Part shown: piece by piece, positions 29,328 to 39,183 of the stretch
How positions within the stretch are numbered: the stretch's first letter is position 1
Layout: the number at the start of each line of letters is the position of its first letter
Source: an uncultured Candidatus Saccharibacteria bacterium
Lineage (GTDB): Bacteria; Patescibacteriota; Minisyncoccia; JACQLN01
Assembly (NCBI GenBank): GCA_964365305.1
Contig: CAYIPG010000001.1
Span: 2,214 to 66,213, forward strand
DNA length: 64,000 bases
Reading direction: 5' to 3'
The notes under the pieces: generated by a model
What the model was told of the DNA's origin: nothing
The model's input: only the letters and a program-made list of their open reading frames with translations
Databases searched by the model: none
Made by a program: the position numbers and the translations under genes

Positions 29328-31115
29328 TTAATGTTTATTGATTTCTATAAAACCATATTGATTAAACACATAATCATCCAAATCACGCTCCCAAATGTCT
29401 TCAGTTTCGGATGATTTTATTTTATGGAAATTAAAAATTTTATAAAAATCTTTAACCTGATTGTTTTTTAGCGTTGGTTTGTAACAGGCGCGTACTTTTT
29501 TCGGGTTTAATTTCTTAAGCTCGCTTAAGATAAACCCAAAAAACTGCTCTTCTACTTTCTTCCCCAAAACCCTACAACTAAGCAACATGGAATCTATCTC
29601 CCACCTATCCGGCATATCTTTGACCATACAAAATCCGGTAATACCGTATTCTCCAAATTTATCAACAACATCTAGCGCCCAAAGTTTATGGCCTGATTCA
29701 ATAAATTTTTTGATATCATCTTCTTGATAACGATGTGTGGTTAAATTAAATTGGTTTGTTTTTTGTGTTAATTGAGCGCTGCGCGGTATCAAAAAATCAT
29801 CAACTGCTTTTATCGAAATACATAAATTTAAATTATTTAAAAAAGTATCTAAATCTATAATTGCATCTTTATATTCTATTCTTTGTTTTTCTTGTAAATA
29901 CATCGCGCTCCGTTTCTTATCCTCTCCAGTAAACTCAAATGTATTGAATCCTTTATAATCCAGCAGAGTTTGGATATATTTCGTTGAATCGGTGGGCAAG
30001 TCCAAAACTGTGACATCCGGCAATGTTTGTTTTATTAACTCGCGGTTAGTCAGATCGTCATCAATAAACACCAAACTGTCCAAACCGACATTTAATTCTC
30101 TGGCTATTTCCTGCATATTCTTTGCTTTATTGTCCCAATTTATCTTGCTTACTATAATATCGTCTTTTCGCAAAACCATATACGGATGATGTAAAAATAC
30201 TTCTTCTACATCTTCTTGATTATTCTTGCTGTTAATCGCCAGCAATATGCCTCTTTTGCTTAAACTCAATAACAATTTCTGGAAATAATAAAACTGCTGC
30301 CCTTCGCCTGCTGGCGCTAATTTTATTCCGGCTAATCCATCTTCACCAATAACACCTCCCCATAATGTATTATCTAGATCAAGTACAATACATTTCTTCT
30401 TTTTGAAAGCCAGAGGCACAAGGTAAGATGTCAATTCTTCTGCTAACATTGGAATTGCTTCGGGAGATAATTTCATATCAGCCGTAAAAGAATATTTATC
30501 ATACCAAAAATCTTTTTTGCCTATGTATCCTAACCATTCATTAAAATTAAAAATGAAAACTTGTTTATCATTTTGATAAGTATTCAGTAAATTATTATTA
30601 TAGTCATCAATTATTCTATACCATCCATTATTGAGTTTGCTGTCAAAAATTCCAGTTACCGGCGGCCAAATTTTACTGGCATTGCTAATAATAATTTTTG
30701 CTTTAGTTTTACTTTTTATGTAACTTACAAGCTGTAATAATCCATCCTCCGTTTCATATTTAAATTTATTGAGTTCTTCATTAGTAATTTCATGGTGGCG
30801 ATATAAAATATCTTGATTTAAACCATGCAAATCGAGTAACAAAAAAATAATGTCTGGTTTAAATTCGTAAAGTTCACTACCCAGTATCTCTTGCTTCCAC
30901 TGTCCATATTTACCTTCGTAAACATCTAAAAAAATATCTTGAACAAATGATTTGGTTTTTAGGCATTCTGCCAATCCCTTAATAGTAAAGCTTGACAAAA
31001 GAGCTACATTTTTTGCTTCTTTATCTTTAGATATTTTATCAATTTCTTTGGCCCACCCAATGCATGATGCTATGGCATTTGACTCTAATTTTATTTTTTC
31101 TTTTGATATGTTCAT
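29328..31115 (-). CDS. fkbH: FkbH-like glyceryl-ACP transferase/phosphatase (HAD-IIIC)
   Basis: VLDLDNTLWGG, FIDD, QKTNQFN, LLSCRVLG. Confidence 0.92.
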   Translation of the reverse strand: MNISKEKIKLESNAIASCIGWAKEIDKISKDKEAKNVALLSSFTIKGLAECLKTKSFVQDIFLDVYEGKYGQWKQEILGSELYEFKPDIIFLLLDLHGLNQDILYRHHEITNEELNKFKYETEDGLLQLVSYIKSKTKAKIIISNASKIWPPVTGIFDSKLNNGWYRIIDDYNNNLLNTYQNDKQVFIFNFNEWLGYIGKKDFWYDKYSFTADMKLSPEAIPMLAEELTSYLVPLAFKKKKCIVLDLDNTLWGGVIGEDGLAGIKLAPAGEGQQFYYFQKLLLSLSKRGILLAINSKNNQEDVEEVFLHHPYMVLRKDDIIVSKINWDNKAKNMQEIARELNVGLDSLVFIDDDLTNRELIKQTLPDVTVLDLPTDSTKYIQTLLDYKGFNTFEFTGEDKKRSAMYLQEKQRIEYKDAIIDLDTFLNNLNLCISIKAVDDFLIPRSAQLTQKTNQFNLTTHRYQEDDIKKFIESGHKLWALDVVDKFGEYGITGFCMVKDMPDRWEIDSMLLSCRVLGKKVEEQFFGFILSELKKLNPKKVRACYKPTLKNNQVKDFYKIFNFHKIKSSETEDIWERDLDDYVFNQYGFIEINKH

Positions 31116-31122
31116 ACTTAAA

Positions 31123-31461
31123 TTATCTCTTAAACGCTATAGCTATTCCAAAACTACTATCATGACTTATGCTTATTTGTATATCCTGTTTTGGCAAACC
31201 TTTTATTTTCACGCATGGCTGTCCACATACTTTATGCTTAATTTCAATTTGACCATGGTTATTTATTTCTTTTTTACCACATGCTTTAATCACAGCTTCT
31301 TTTGCGGCAAAAATTCCAGACAAATGTTCAGAAAATCTTACATTTGAAAAGCAATATTCCCATTCTTTCTTTGTATAAAATTTATCCCAAAATGGATAAT
31401 CTTTTTTCTTTATATTTTTAAACCTACTAATAGAGACAATATCTATTCCAATTCCAATCAT
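31123..31461 (-). CDS. acpS: Holo-ACP synthase
   Basis: GIGIDIV, FAAKEAVIKA, ISISHD. Confidence 0.93.
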   Translation of the reverse strand: MIGIGIDIVSISRFKNIKKKDYPFWDKFYTKKEWEYCFSNVRFSEHLSGIFAAKEAVIKACGKKEINNHGQIEIKHKVCGQPCVKIKGLPKQDIQISISHDSSFGIAIAFKR

Positions 31462-31495
31462 AATTATTCCGCCTTAAAATAAACTACTTAACAAT

Positions 31496-31524
31496 ACCAT
31501 ACCATTATCAATCGGCTCTGTCAA
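31496..31524 (-). promoter_or_regulatory. Putative sigma70 promoter for the acpS-fkbH cassette
   Basis: Minus strand TTGACA-17 bp-TATGGT with TG extension, ~35 bp upstream of the acpS ATG. Confidence 0.55.
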
Positions 31525-31569
31525 AAAGCCAAGGTTTGGTTGCCATTCGTAGAAAAATATCTTGCTAAA

Positions 31570-32649
31570 CTAAAAAATTTTAATCTTTTTCCTAATATTT
31601 TTAATTATTGAACCCATGACTAAATAAAATCCAAATATGACTCCCATAAATATATAATTCCATCCAGCTCCATGCCATAAACCTATAAGCATAAAAGTAA
31701 TAAAGGTACTTGCATATATCCAGCTTTTTGTTTTGTTTTTCCGACTAAATACCAGGGGATAATAAAGATAATCTCTTAACCAAGTTGATAGTGAAATATG
31801 CCAGCGGCGCCAAAATTCTTCTATATTTCTTGAAAAGTAAGGATAGGAAAAATTTCTCATTAACTTAAAACCGAACAGTTTGGCCGTGCCAATCGCAATA
31901 TCAGAATATCCAGAAAAATCAGCATAAAGCTGGAAAGCAAAAAAGAAAGTGGCAATTAACAACTGATTGCCAGAAACATTTGATAAATTACTATATGTAT
32001 TATTTACAGCAATCGCTAACATGTCCGCTATAAATATTTTCTTAAAAAAACCCCATAGCATTTGCCGACAACCGTCAATAGCTTCTTCCATTTTAAATAC
32101 TCTTTCTCGCGCGAACTGCGTTAAAAAACTTTGCGCTCTATCTATTGGTCCAGCGATAAGTTGGGGAAAAAATGAAACAAATGCTAAAAACTCTGTAAAA
32201 TTACCGGCCGCAGGAATCTTGCGCCGATAAACATCAATGGCGTAACTTAATTCTTTAAAAGTATAAAAACTGATACCGACCGGTAAAATAATGTTAAGCG
32301 TAGTAACCGAAGTTAAAGCCATACCAGCAGACAAAAATAATCCCTGCAACGAACTAATAAAAAAGTTAAAGTATTTAAAAAAACCAAGGATGCCAAGGCT
32401 TGAAATTATAGTTATTGTTAAATAAATTTTGCGCCTTTGTGTATCGTCTGTGTTATGAATTTTCTTTCCCAAAAGAAAACTTATCGTGCTTGATATAAAA
32501 ATTAAAAATAGAAAACGCCAATCCCACCAACCATAAAAAATATAACTAACTATAAGAATAAATAAATTCTGCCTTGCTCTGTTCAATTTCCAGTAAATCA
32601 GGAAAACAAACGCTAAAAAAATTATAAATTCCAAAGAGTTAAAAAGCAT
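31570..32649 (-). CDS. AlgI/DltB-type MBOAT O-acyltransferase, N-terminal catalytic part
   Basis: MLFNS, LPVGISFYTF, FFPQLIAGPI, DFSGYSDIAIG, FWRRWHISLS, GLWHGA; stops shortly after the catalytic His helix. Confidence 0.92.
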   Translation of the reverse strand: MLFNSLEFIIFLAFVFLIYWKLNRARQNLFILIVSYIFYGWWDWRFLFLIFISSTISFLLGKKIHNTDDTQRRKIYLTITIISSLGILGFFKYFNFFISSLQGLFLSAGMALTSVTTLNIILPVGISFYTFKELSYAIDVYRRKIPAAGNFTEFLAFVSFFPQLIAGPIDRAQSFLTQFARERVFKMEEAIDGCRQMLWGFFKKIFIADMLAIAVNNTYSNLSNVSGNQLLIATFFFAFQLYADFSGYSDIAIGTAKLFGFKLMRNFSYPYFSRNIEEFWRRWHISLSTWLRDYLYYPLVFSRKNKTKSWIYASTFITFMLIGLWHGAGWNYIFMGVIFGFYLVMGSIIKNIRKKIKIF

Positions 32650-32694
32650 TGTTTAAAATATAAAAATAATCTTGTGTTTCAAACAAATATGGCA

Positions 32695-34056
32695 TTATTG
32701 TAAAACCAGTTCGGATAACAAATCAGCTATCCTGGAAGCCGATTTACCATCCAGTTTCCCAATTTGTTCAACAACTAAACTATTACGCCCAGACCTATCC
32801 AGGCCAGAATCATTAAGATATATATTGATAGTGCGTATCATTTCGTCTGGGTCTTTAGCAACAAAACAAGCCCCAGTTTTAAGCATTTTCTTGGTATGCT
32901 CATAATATTCCGCAAAACGCGATACGCTTCCAAAAACAGGCTTTTGCTCTTGTCCGTCAAAAGATACCAGAACAATAGGTCTATCAAGCGCTGCCGCGTC
33001 AAGAACCAAACTGGAAGCATAAATAACAACCAAATCGCTATGATATAACGAATCAGCTAACGGTAAATCTTCATCCATGGTAACCTCCCAATCTGAATAA
33101 ATATCTTTTCTAAATGGAATGCCTGGTTTATATATAAAAAAATTATTATCCGGAGTAAAACCATCGAAAGAAACATAATCATTCGGCGGTAATCTTACTA
33201 AAAACTTAACACTGCCTGGTATTTTTTTATCCAAAAGAGACCTTTTCAATATATCCAGTAGCTGCCCATCTGTGTTGGCAAAACGCCGGCCAAGCGGACC
33301 GACAAAAATTAATCTGTCTGAAGGATTAAAACCAAGCTTTTTCAAAAAAATGTCTCTAGAACAATATTCTCTCCTGACATAATGATCCAGCTGAGGCAAT
33401 CCTGACACAAAAATGTTCCCCTCTTTCATGTCTTCATGCTCTAATGCCTCTTTTTTAATAACATTGTTTTGAACTATAAGTTTATCCGGCTTAATTCTAA
33501 AAAGGCCTTTGTTGGTAATGTTATCCCAAGATCTAACCATACCTACAGTTAGCACACCGCTTTTTTTGCTTGCGGCCAAAAGATAAACATCCATGTCATG
33601 AAAAATATCAGTGGAAAATAATAAAAATGGAGAATATTTGTTTAAATATTTCTCCATCAAACCGATATCCATAAAAATAAGATCCAACCAACGAACAAAC
33701 TTCTTAACAAAACCAAAATTGCCAAAAAACTTACCCAATATCCTTGAAAAATAAAAATGGATTGCGTTTTGGTCGGAAAGATACTTTTTCTTTTGATGAA
33801 AAAAACGAGTTGTGGTGTTTACTAATGACCCGCCCAGGTATCTAAATAAAATATCTTTTCTGCTTAATTTTAAACTCGGTATTCCTTCTATGACTATATT
33901 TCCAAACTCAAATTTTTTCTTAAAATATTCTTCCTTATAGTCCGGCACCAATACAACCACCCTAATTCCGCTATTGACCAATAAACTAGCGATCCCGGTT
34001 TCCAAAATATTTCTAGATATAAAAGGATTAAAACTTGTAATAAATATTGTTTTCAC
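32695..34056 (-). CDS. TagF-like GT-B transferase (SWDN)
   Basis: RSWDNITNKG, GLPQLD, RLPP, DGKSASR. Confidence 0.7.
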   Translation of the reverse strand: MKTIFITSFNPFISRNILETGIASLLVNSGIRVVVLVPDYKEEYFKKKFEFGNIVIEGIPSLKLSRKDILFRYLGGSLVNTTTRFFHQKKKYLSDQNAIHFYFSRILGKFFGNFGFVKKFVRWLDLIFMDIGLMEKYLNKYSPFLLFSTDIFHDMDVYLLAASKKSGVLTVGMVRSWDNITNKGLFRIKPDKLIVQNNVIKKEALEHEDMKEGNIFVSGLPQLDHYVRREYCSRDIFLKKLGFNPSDRLIFVGPLGRRFANTDGQLLDILKRSLLDKKIPGSVKFLVRLPPNDYVSFDGFTPDNNFFIYKPGIPFRKDIYSDWEVTMDEDLPLADSLYHSDLVVIYASSLVLDAAALDRPIVLVSFDGQEQKPVFGSVSRFAEYYEHTKKMLKTGACFVAKDPDEMIRTINIYLNDSGLDRSGRNSLVVEQIGKLDGKSASRIADLLSELVLQ

Positions 34057-36014
34057 GGTTTCGTTATTTTATAAATTTCCACTAAAGAGTTACGATAAAC
34101 CAAACTCAAATTTTTATCCGCCGCTAGATTAATCCGACTGCCCAATTGCCTTTCCCATGGGCCAAAATAGACATAATCAGACGGCATATTGCTTATAACG
34201 CCTATCGAGGTGCTATTATAACGCTCTGTAAGTTCGTCTATTTTGCCCATCGGCAAGCCGGTTTTGCCGTCAAAATACTCCGCGAATGTTTTTTTAAATC
34301 CATCTCCATAAAGTTGAAACTGTGTTTTATTCAAATTAATACTCATATCCGGGAAACAGCCGGCATCAAAACAATTTTGAGGCGCTTTACCTTCCAGTTG
34401 CTGTCTAAAAAGATCAGATGGGACATTGAATAGTTTCCGAGCTATAAGCAGCCGTTCTTCCAATTCAAAATTAGAAGCCAAAGAAAGATGCGCCCGAGGT
34501 AAGAAGGGGCGGGCCGAAGTATATGCCATTAAATAGATGGAGGTTACATAGGAAGGTGAAATAATTTTGGGTTCTGGCTCAAGATTATGATTAATCCAAT
34601 CCCAAGAATCAACAACTTCATTGGAGAATTTATAGTAAAGCAAGGTTTCTTTATTGGGACTTTTCCATAAAGAGACGGTGTTTATGGCGTATTTGGAAAA
34701 AACTAGCAGACCTAGCACAGCTACTCCAATTTTTATTACCTTCTTTATTCTAAACGAATTTCTAAAACTATAAATCCAATCAAACAACAGCGTTATCCAT
34801 ATAATATAAAGAGTAACCGCCACAGGATAACGCCATTTGCTTGGCACCGTTGACTGCCCGATAAACAGCTGTAAATTCCACACCAATATAGCCGCTATTA
34901 TAAATCCAAAAAACAATAAACCTTTTTTATATTTATTTGTGAATTTGCCATCAGCAACCACGGTGTTTCTAAAGTATGTCGCCCCAATAGCCAAAATGGT
35001 TATAAAATAAAACAAATAATCCAATAGGTTCTTTTTATGAAACCCCCAGTCCCGGCCGGTCAGCACCGCCGAGCGATAAGATATGTCTTCAGCGTCCGGC
35101 AACGCCTTAAACATGAAATAATTGATAAAATAGGGCAACAATAGAATACCAAAAACAACAAAAAGAACTCCGAAATTTTTAAGCAGTTGCCGGTCTTTCG
35201 GATAAAACAGCGCCGCGGCTATGGCCATAACAGCCATGACCGCTGTCCAATATATCCAAGTGGTAAAATAAATATAGGCCAATAGCGCCGCCGGCAAAGC
35301 CGCCGCTACGGCAAGAGAATATTTCGGCTTCATCCAAAACCGGATAAAAGTAATTATCGCCGTAAGATAAAATGGATAGACCAGTAAAGGATGGTCAATT
35401 CTGGCTATACGAAGTTTATCAATCTGGGTTCTGATGATTGGAATAAACTGCTTGAAGGTATAATCAAACAGTGTTTTGAGATCATTGCGGAAATCAAATG
35501 AAAAGACATTGGGAAGAATCGGGGTTAAAGCGCCGGTTGCGGCAAAAAATAATGACCAGCTTTTGGATTTGAACAACAACCGTCCAACTATATAAAGAAA
35601 AACAAATATAACCGCCGAGAATAAGAATTGAATAAATAAATATGCTGATGTAACATCGCCCTTAAAAAGAGTTATGGCCAACCCGAATACCAAAGAAGGC
35701 AGGGCGTTGCGGGGAGACGGCCTTTGTTGGTCCAAAGAAAGTTCGGTTGGAGGAAAATGCCCGTCATATACTTCCCGAGCCCGTGGCACATACATATAAA
35801 GCTCGTCGCGGTAGGTTTTTAGTTGAGCCAATACAAACCTATCTTCATGAATATTAAAATAATCCCTAATGGCTAAAGGCGGACCAATAAATAAAAAACC
35901 CACCGCGGCCGCGGCGCAGCTAATCAAAAGGAATTCCTTTCTTGAAAATCTTGAAAACAAATTGGCTATTTTATTTGTTGCGTAACCGAAAATCACCCTT
36001 AAACTGTTTTTCAT
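34053..36014 (-). CDS. Multi-TM putative GT-C glycosyltransferase (paralog of 22833..24710)
   Basis: YRDELYMYVPRAREVYDGHFPP; FIPIIRT; GPWERQ...VEIYKI. Confidence 0.6.
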   Translation of the reverse strand: MKNSLRVIFGYATNKIANLFSRFSRKEFLLISCAAAAVGFLFIGPPLAIRDYFNIHEDRFVLAQLKTYRDELYMYVPRAREVYDGHFPPTELSLDQQRPSPRNALPSLVFGLAITLFKGDVTSAYLFIQFLFSAVIFVFLYIVGRLLFKSKSWSLFFAATGALTPILPNVFSFDFRNDLKTLFDYTFKQFIPIIRTQIDKLRIARIDHPLLVYPFYLTAIITFIRFWMKPKYSLAVAAALPAALLAYIYFTTWIYWTAVMAVMAIAAALFYPKDRQLLKNFGVLFVVFGILLLPYFINYFMFKALPDAEDISYRSAVLTGRDWGFHKKNLLDYLFYFITILAIGATYFRNTVVADGKFTNKYKKGLLFFGFIIAAILVWNLQLFIGQSTVPSKWRYPVAVTLYIIWITLLFDWIYSFRNSFRIKKVIKIGVAVLGLLVFSKYAINTVSLWKSPNKETLLYYKFSNEVVDSWDWINHNLEPEPKIISPSYVTSIYLMAYTSARPFLPRAHLSLASNFELEERLLIARKLFNVPSDLFRQQLEGKAPQNCFDAGCFPDMSINLNKTQFQLYGDGFKKTFAEYFDGKTGLPMGKIDELTERYNSTSIGVISNMPSDYVYFGPWERQLGSRINLAADKNLSLVYRNSLVEIYKITKP

Positions 36015-37035
36015 AATGGTTACGAAATTCTCGTTGAGATTTAATTTTTTGCCACCAACCCTTATTATCCAAATACCACTTTACTAGATCTTTTAACGAG
36101 TTATCAAATGAAATACTGCATTTCCAGCCAAGTTCCTTTTTAATCTTGGCGGAGTTGGGGGAGTAACGGGCATCAGAATAAGGACGGTCATTGATATATT
36201 TTATGTACTTTTCCGGCTTAACTCCCAATGTCTTGGCTAACAAGTAGATAACTTCCAAATTGCTTTTTTCCTCGCCATTAATGTTATAAATTTTAAAGTC
36301 CTCGGCTTTATGAATCATCACATCCACGGCCTTGCAAAAATCCAAAACATGCACCCAACTGCGAATTTGCTTGCCATCGCCGTGTATTGGAATTTTTTTG
36401 CCTTCAATAATACTGGTTATAATTACCGGAATTAATTTTTCCGGATATTGATAAGGCCCAAAATTATTAGAACTCCGAATAATCAAAGCCGGTGTCTTGT
36501 GTGTTTTTATGTAGGCCTGAACCATCACATCCGCCGCCGCCTTAGAAGCGGCATAGGGATTAGTCGGGCTAATCGGGTGGGACTCGGATGTTTTAACCCC
36601 CAACGGCACATCGCCATAAATTTCATCAGTGGAAATATAAACAAAGCGAGGCACCTTGCGCCGATGCGCGGCATCTAACAAAACATGAGCGGCCTTTATA
36701 TTGGTATCAATAAACCGGGAAGAATCAATAATAGAGCGATCCACATGGCTTTCGGCCGCAAAATTTATAACGACATCAAATTTATATTTTTTTAGAACCC
36801 TATTTATTAATTTACTATCGCCAATATCTCCGTGAATAAAATTATAACGCTTACTGGAATCCAAATCCGATAAATTATCCTTGTTGCCGGCATAGGTCAG
36901 CAAATCCAAATTAGCCAAATAATAATTTGGATACTTGTTATGCAAATATCGAACAAAATTAGAGCCCATAAAACCACTACCACCGCATATTAATATTTTT
37001 TTAGATATCTTCATAAACCAATCATATTTCAACAA
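35971..37035 (-). CDS. rfbB: dTDP-glucose 4,6-dehydratase
   Basis: LTYAGN, FAAESHVDRSI, STDEIYG, YAASK, YPEKLIP; start likely 37014. Confidence 0.92.
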   Translation of the reverse strand: MLKYDWFMKISKKILICGGSGFMGSNFVRYLHNKYPNYYLANLDLLTYAGNKDNLSDLDSSKRYNFIHGDIGDSKLINRVLKKYKFDVVINFAAESHVDRSIIDSSRFIDTNIKAAHVLLDAAHRRKVPRFVYISTDEIYGDVPLGVKTSESHPISPTNPYAASKAAADVMVQAYIKTHKTPALIIRSSNNFGPYQYPEKLIPVIITSIIEGKKIPIHGDGKQIRSWVHVLDFCKAVDVMIHKAEDFKIYNINGEEKSNLEVIYLLAKTLGVKPEKYIKYINDRPYSDARYSPNSAKIKKELGWKCSISFDNSLKDLVKWYLDNKGWWQKIKSQREFRNHYEKQFKGDFRLRNK

Positions 37036-37045
37036 TTAAACTGGA

Positions 37046-37729
37046 TTAACCAATAAAACGATACTTGATAGTGGTCCATAATATTATAAGGCCATGCTTC
37101 ATGTTGATTTTCTTGCCTTCTTTATAACTTCTGGGGTTATATTTAATCGGCACTTCCACGCTTTTGTAACCGCGTCCCCAGGCCTTGCAAACAAGTTCTG
37201 TGTCAAAATCAAAATCATCGGTCTTAACTTCAATGGCATCCGTCACCCTCTTGGAAAAAACTTTGTAACCACCCAGATATTCCTTAGCCCTGCGACCATA
37301 AAATAAGTTTGTTGTCCAAGTGATGAGATTATTACCAAGAAGATTTATTTGGTATACCGACCCAAACTTAGGCACATCCCGAACTCCCAAAACCATATCT
37401 ACTTTACCATCTATTATTGGCTTCATTAAGGCAGGATAATCTGTGGGACTGTATTCTAGATCAGCGTCTTGGATTATCATCATATCCCCGGTGGCAACTT
37501 TTAAGCCAGTTTTCATAGCACCGCCTTTGCCTTTGTTTTTCTCGTGATAAATAACCTTACAACTATCCTCCAGACCCTTTAAGATATCTCGCGTGCCATC
37601 GGTTGAGCCATCGTCCACAATAATAATTTCCTTTTCAATCAACCCCAAGTCAACGGCTTTAACCGTGTCAACAACCTGCTGAATTGTATTCTTCTCATTA
37701 AACGCGCAAATAATTATTGATAATTTCAT
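37046..37729 (-). CDS. GT2 polyprenol-phosphate glycosyltransferase (DPM1-like)
   Basis: VDDGSTDGT, NKGKG, IQDADLEY, EGKKI. Confidence 0.9.
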   Translation of the reverse strand: MKLSIIICAFNEKNTIQQVVDTVKAVDLGLIEKEIIIVDDGSTDGTRDILKGLEDSCKVIYHEKNKGKGGAMKTGLKVATGDMMIIQDADLEYSPTDYPALMKPIIDGKVDMVLGVRDVPKFGSVYQINLLGNNLITWTTNLFYGRRAKEYLGGYKVFSKRVTDAIEVKTDDFDFDTELVCKAWGRGYKSVEVPIKYNPRSYKEGKKINMKHGLIILWTTIKYRFIG

Positions 37730-37906
37730 AAGTAAAAACGCTAAAACATATAATTTTATATAGTGATATTATACTATAACTTAGATAATCCCTTCTTGGC
37801 AACCACCACCAATATTAAAGTTTAGACGGAAACAATTTAAACGGCTATTCTTGAAAAAAAAACGCATAGATGGAATAATAAATGCTGTAACAATAAACTT
37901 TGATTT

Positions 37907-39118
37907 ATGATTAAAAACAATAAAACCCAATTAAGAGTCCCTTATGCCTTTACAGTTTTCGGAGAGGAAGAGCGTAAAGCCGTCGCTGAAGTATTAAAAT
38001 CGCCTCAAATTGTAGCAGGAAAAAGGGCGGAAGAATTTGAAACCAAAATTGCCGGTCTTTTCGGTAAAAAGTTCGGTCTTTTGGTAAATTCCGGCTCCTC
38101 GGCTAATCTGTTGGCTTTTGAGGTCTTGAATTTGCCAGCCGGTTCGGAGGTAATCACACCTGTTCTTACTTTTGCCACGACTGTGGCTCCTATTATCAAA
38201 AAAGGTCTAGTACCGGCTTTTGTTGATGTAGAGTTGGGAAAATATACTCTGGATATTGATCAAGTTGAAAAAATGATTAATTCCAAAACACGGGCTTTAA
38301 TGGTGCCATCGCTTTTTGGAAATGTGCCCGACTTGCCCCGACTTCAGCGCTTAGCCAAAAAACATAATTTATTTCTAGTGGAAGATTCCTGCGATACGCT
38401 CGGCGCCACAATAAATGGGAAACCCACTGGTGTTTATTCTGATATTTCCACAACCAGTTTTTACGCTTCCCATATTGTTACGGCCGCCGGCGAAGGCGGT
38501 ATGATCTGCCTGAATAATCCAGAGTGGTATAGGCGGGTTCGTGTTTTAAGCGGATGGGGTAGGCGTTCGGCTCTCAATGAATCCGAAGATATAGCCGTAA
38601 GATTTCAAACAAAACTCGACGGCCAACCCTATGATTCCAAATTTATTTTTGAGGAAATCGGCTATAACTTTAGAACCACTGATATCGCCGCGGCTTTCGC
38701 GTTGGCCCAGTTAAAAAAACTGGATAAGTTTTCCGAAATCAGAATAAAAAATTTCCAAGAACTGCTGGATTTTTTTCGGAATTACCAAAATTTTTTTATT
38801 CTACCCGAACAATTAAAAACAGTCCGAACCAATTGGCTTTCTTTCCCGCTGCTAATCAAAGACAGAGCGCCTTTTTCCCGAATGGAAATCGTGACCCATT
38901 TGGAAAAAAACAATATTCAAACCCGCCCGATGTTTACCGGAAATATTCTAAAACAACCCGGTTTTTTGAATATCAAAAAAAGAACAAGAAAAGGCGGATA
39001 TCCCAACGCTGATTTAATTATGAAAAATTCTTTCGTAATCGGTTGTCACCATGGTTTGGAAAAACGGCACTTGGATTATCTTAAAAAGATTTTCTCGGAT
39101 TTTTTGGGACGATTTTAA
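37907..39118 (+). CDS. PLP/PMP-dependent NDP-4-keto-6-deoxyhexose 3-dehydratase-like (ColD/RfbH branch of DegT family)
   Basis: NSGSSAN, EDSCD, SFYASH (His at the usual Lys position), GNILKQP. Confidence 0.82.
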   Translation: MIKNNKTQLRVPYAFTVFGEEERKAVAEVLKSPQIVAGKRAEEFETKIAGLFGKKFGLLVNSGSSANLLAFEVLNLPAGSEVITPVLTFATTVAPIIKKGLVPAFVDVELGKYTLDIDQVEKMINSKTRALMVPSLFGNVPDLPRLQRLAKKHNLFLVEDSCDTLGATINGKPTGVYSDISTTSFYASHIVTAAGEGGMICLNNPEWYRRVRVLSGWGRRSALNESEDIAVRFQTKLDGQPYDSKFIFEEIGYNFRTTDIAAAFALAQLKKLDKFSEIRIKNFQELLDFFRNYQNFFILPEQLKTVRTNWLSFPLLIKDRAPFSRMEIVTHLEKNNIQTRPMFTGNILKQPGFLNIKKRTRKGGYPNADLIMKNSFVIGCHHGLEKRHLDYLKKIFSDFLGRF

Positions 39119-39183
39119 TAACCCCAATAAAAAAGGGGGCGCTTACGCGGGCTCCCTCTGTGTAGAATAGCCAACTCAACCGG

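Noticed and set aside
27926-31461. Cassette read as a polyketide or fatty-acid synthesis cluster
   Set aside because: No ketosynthase or malonyl transferase; MBOAT/SGNH context points to envelope acylation
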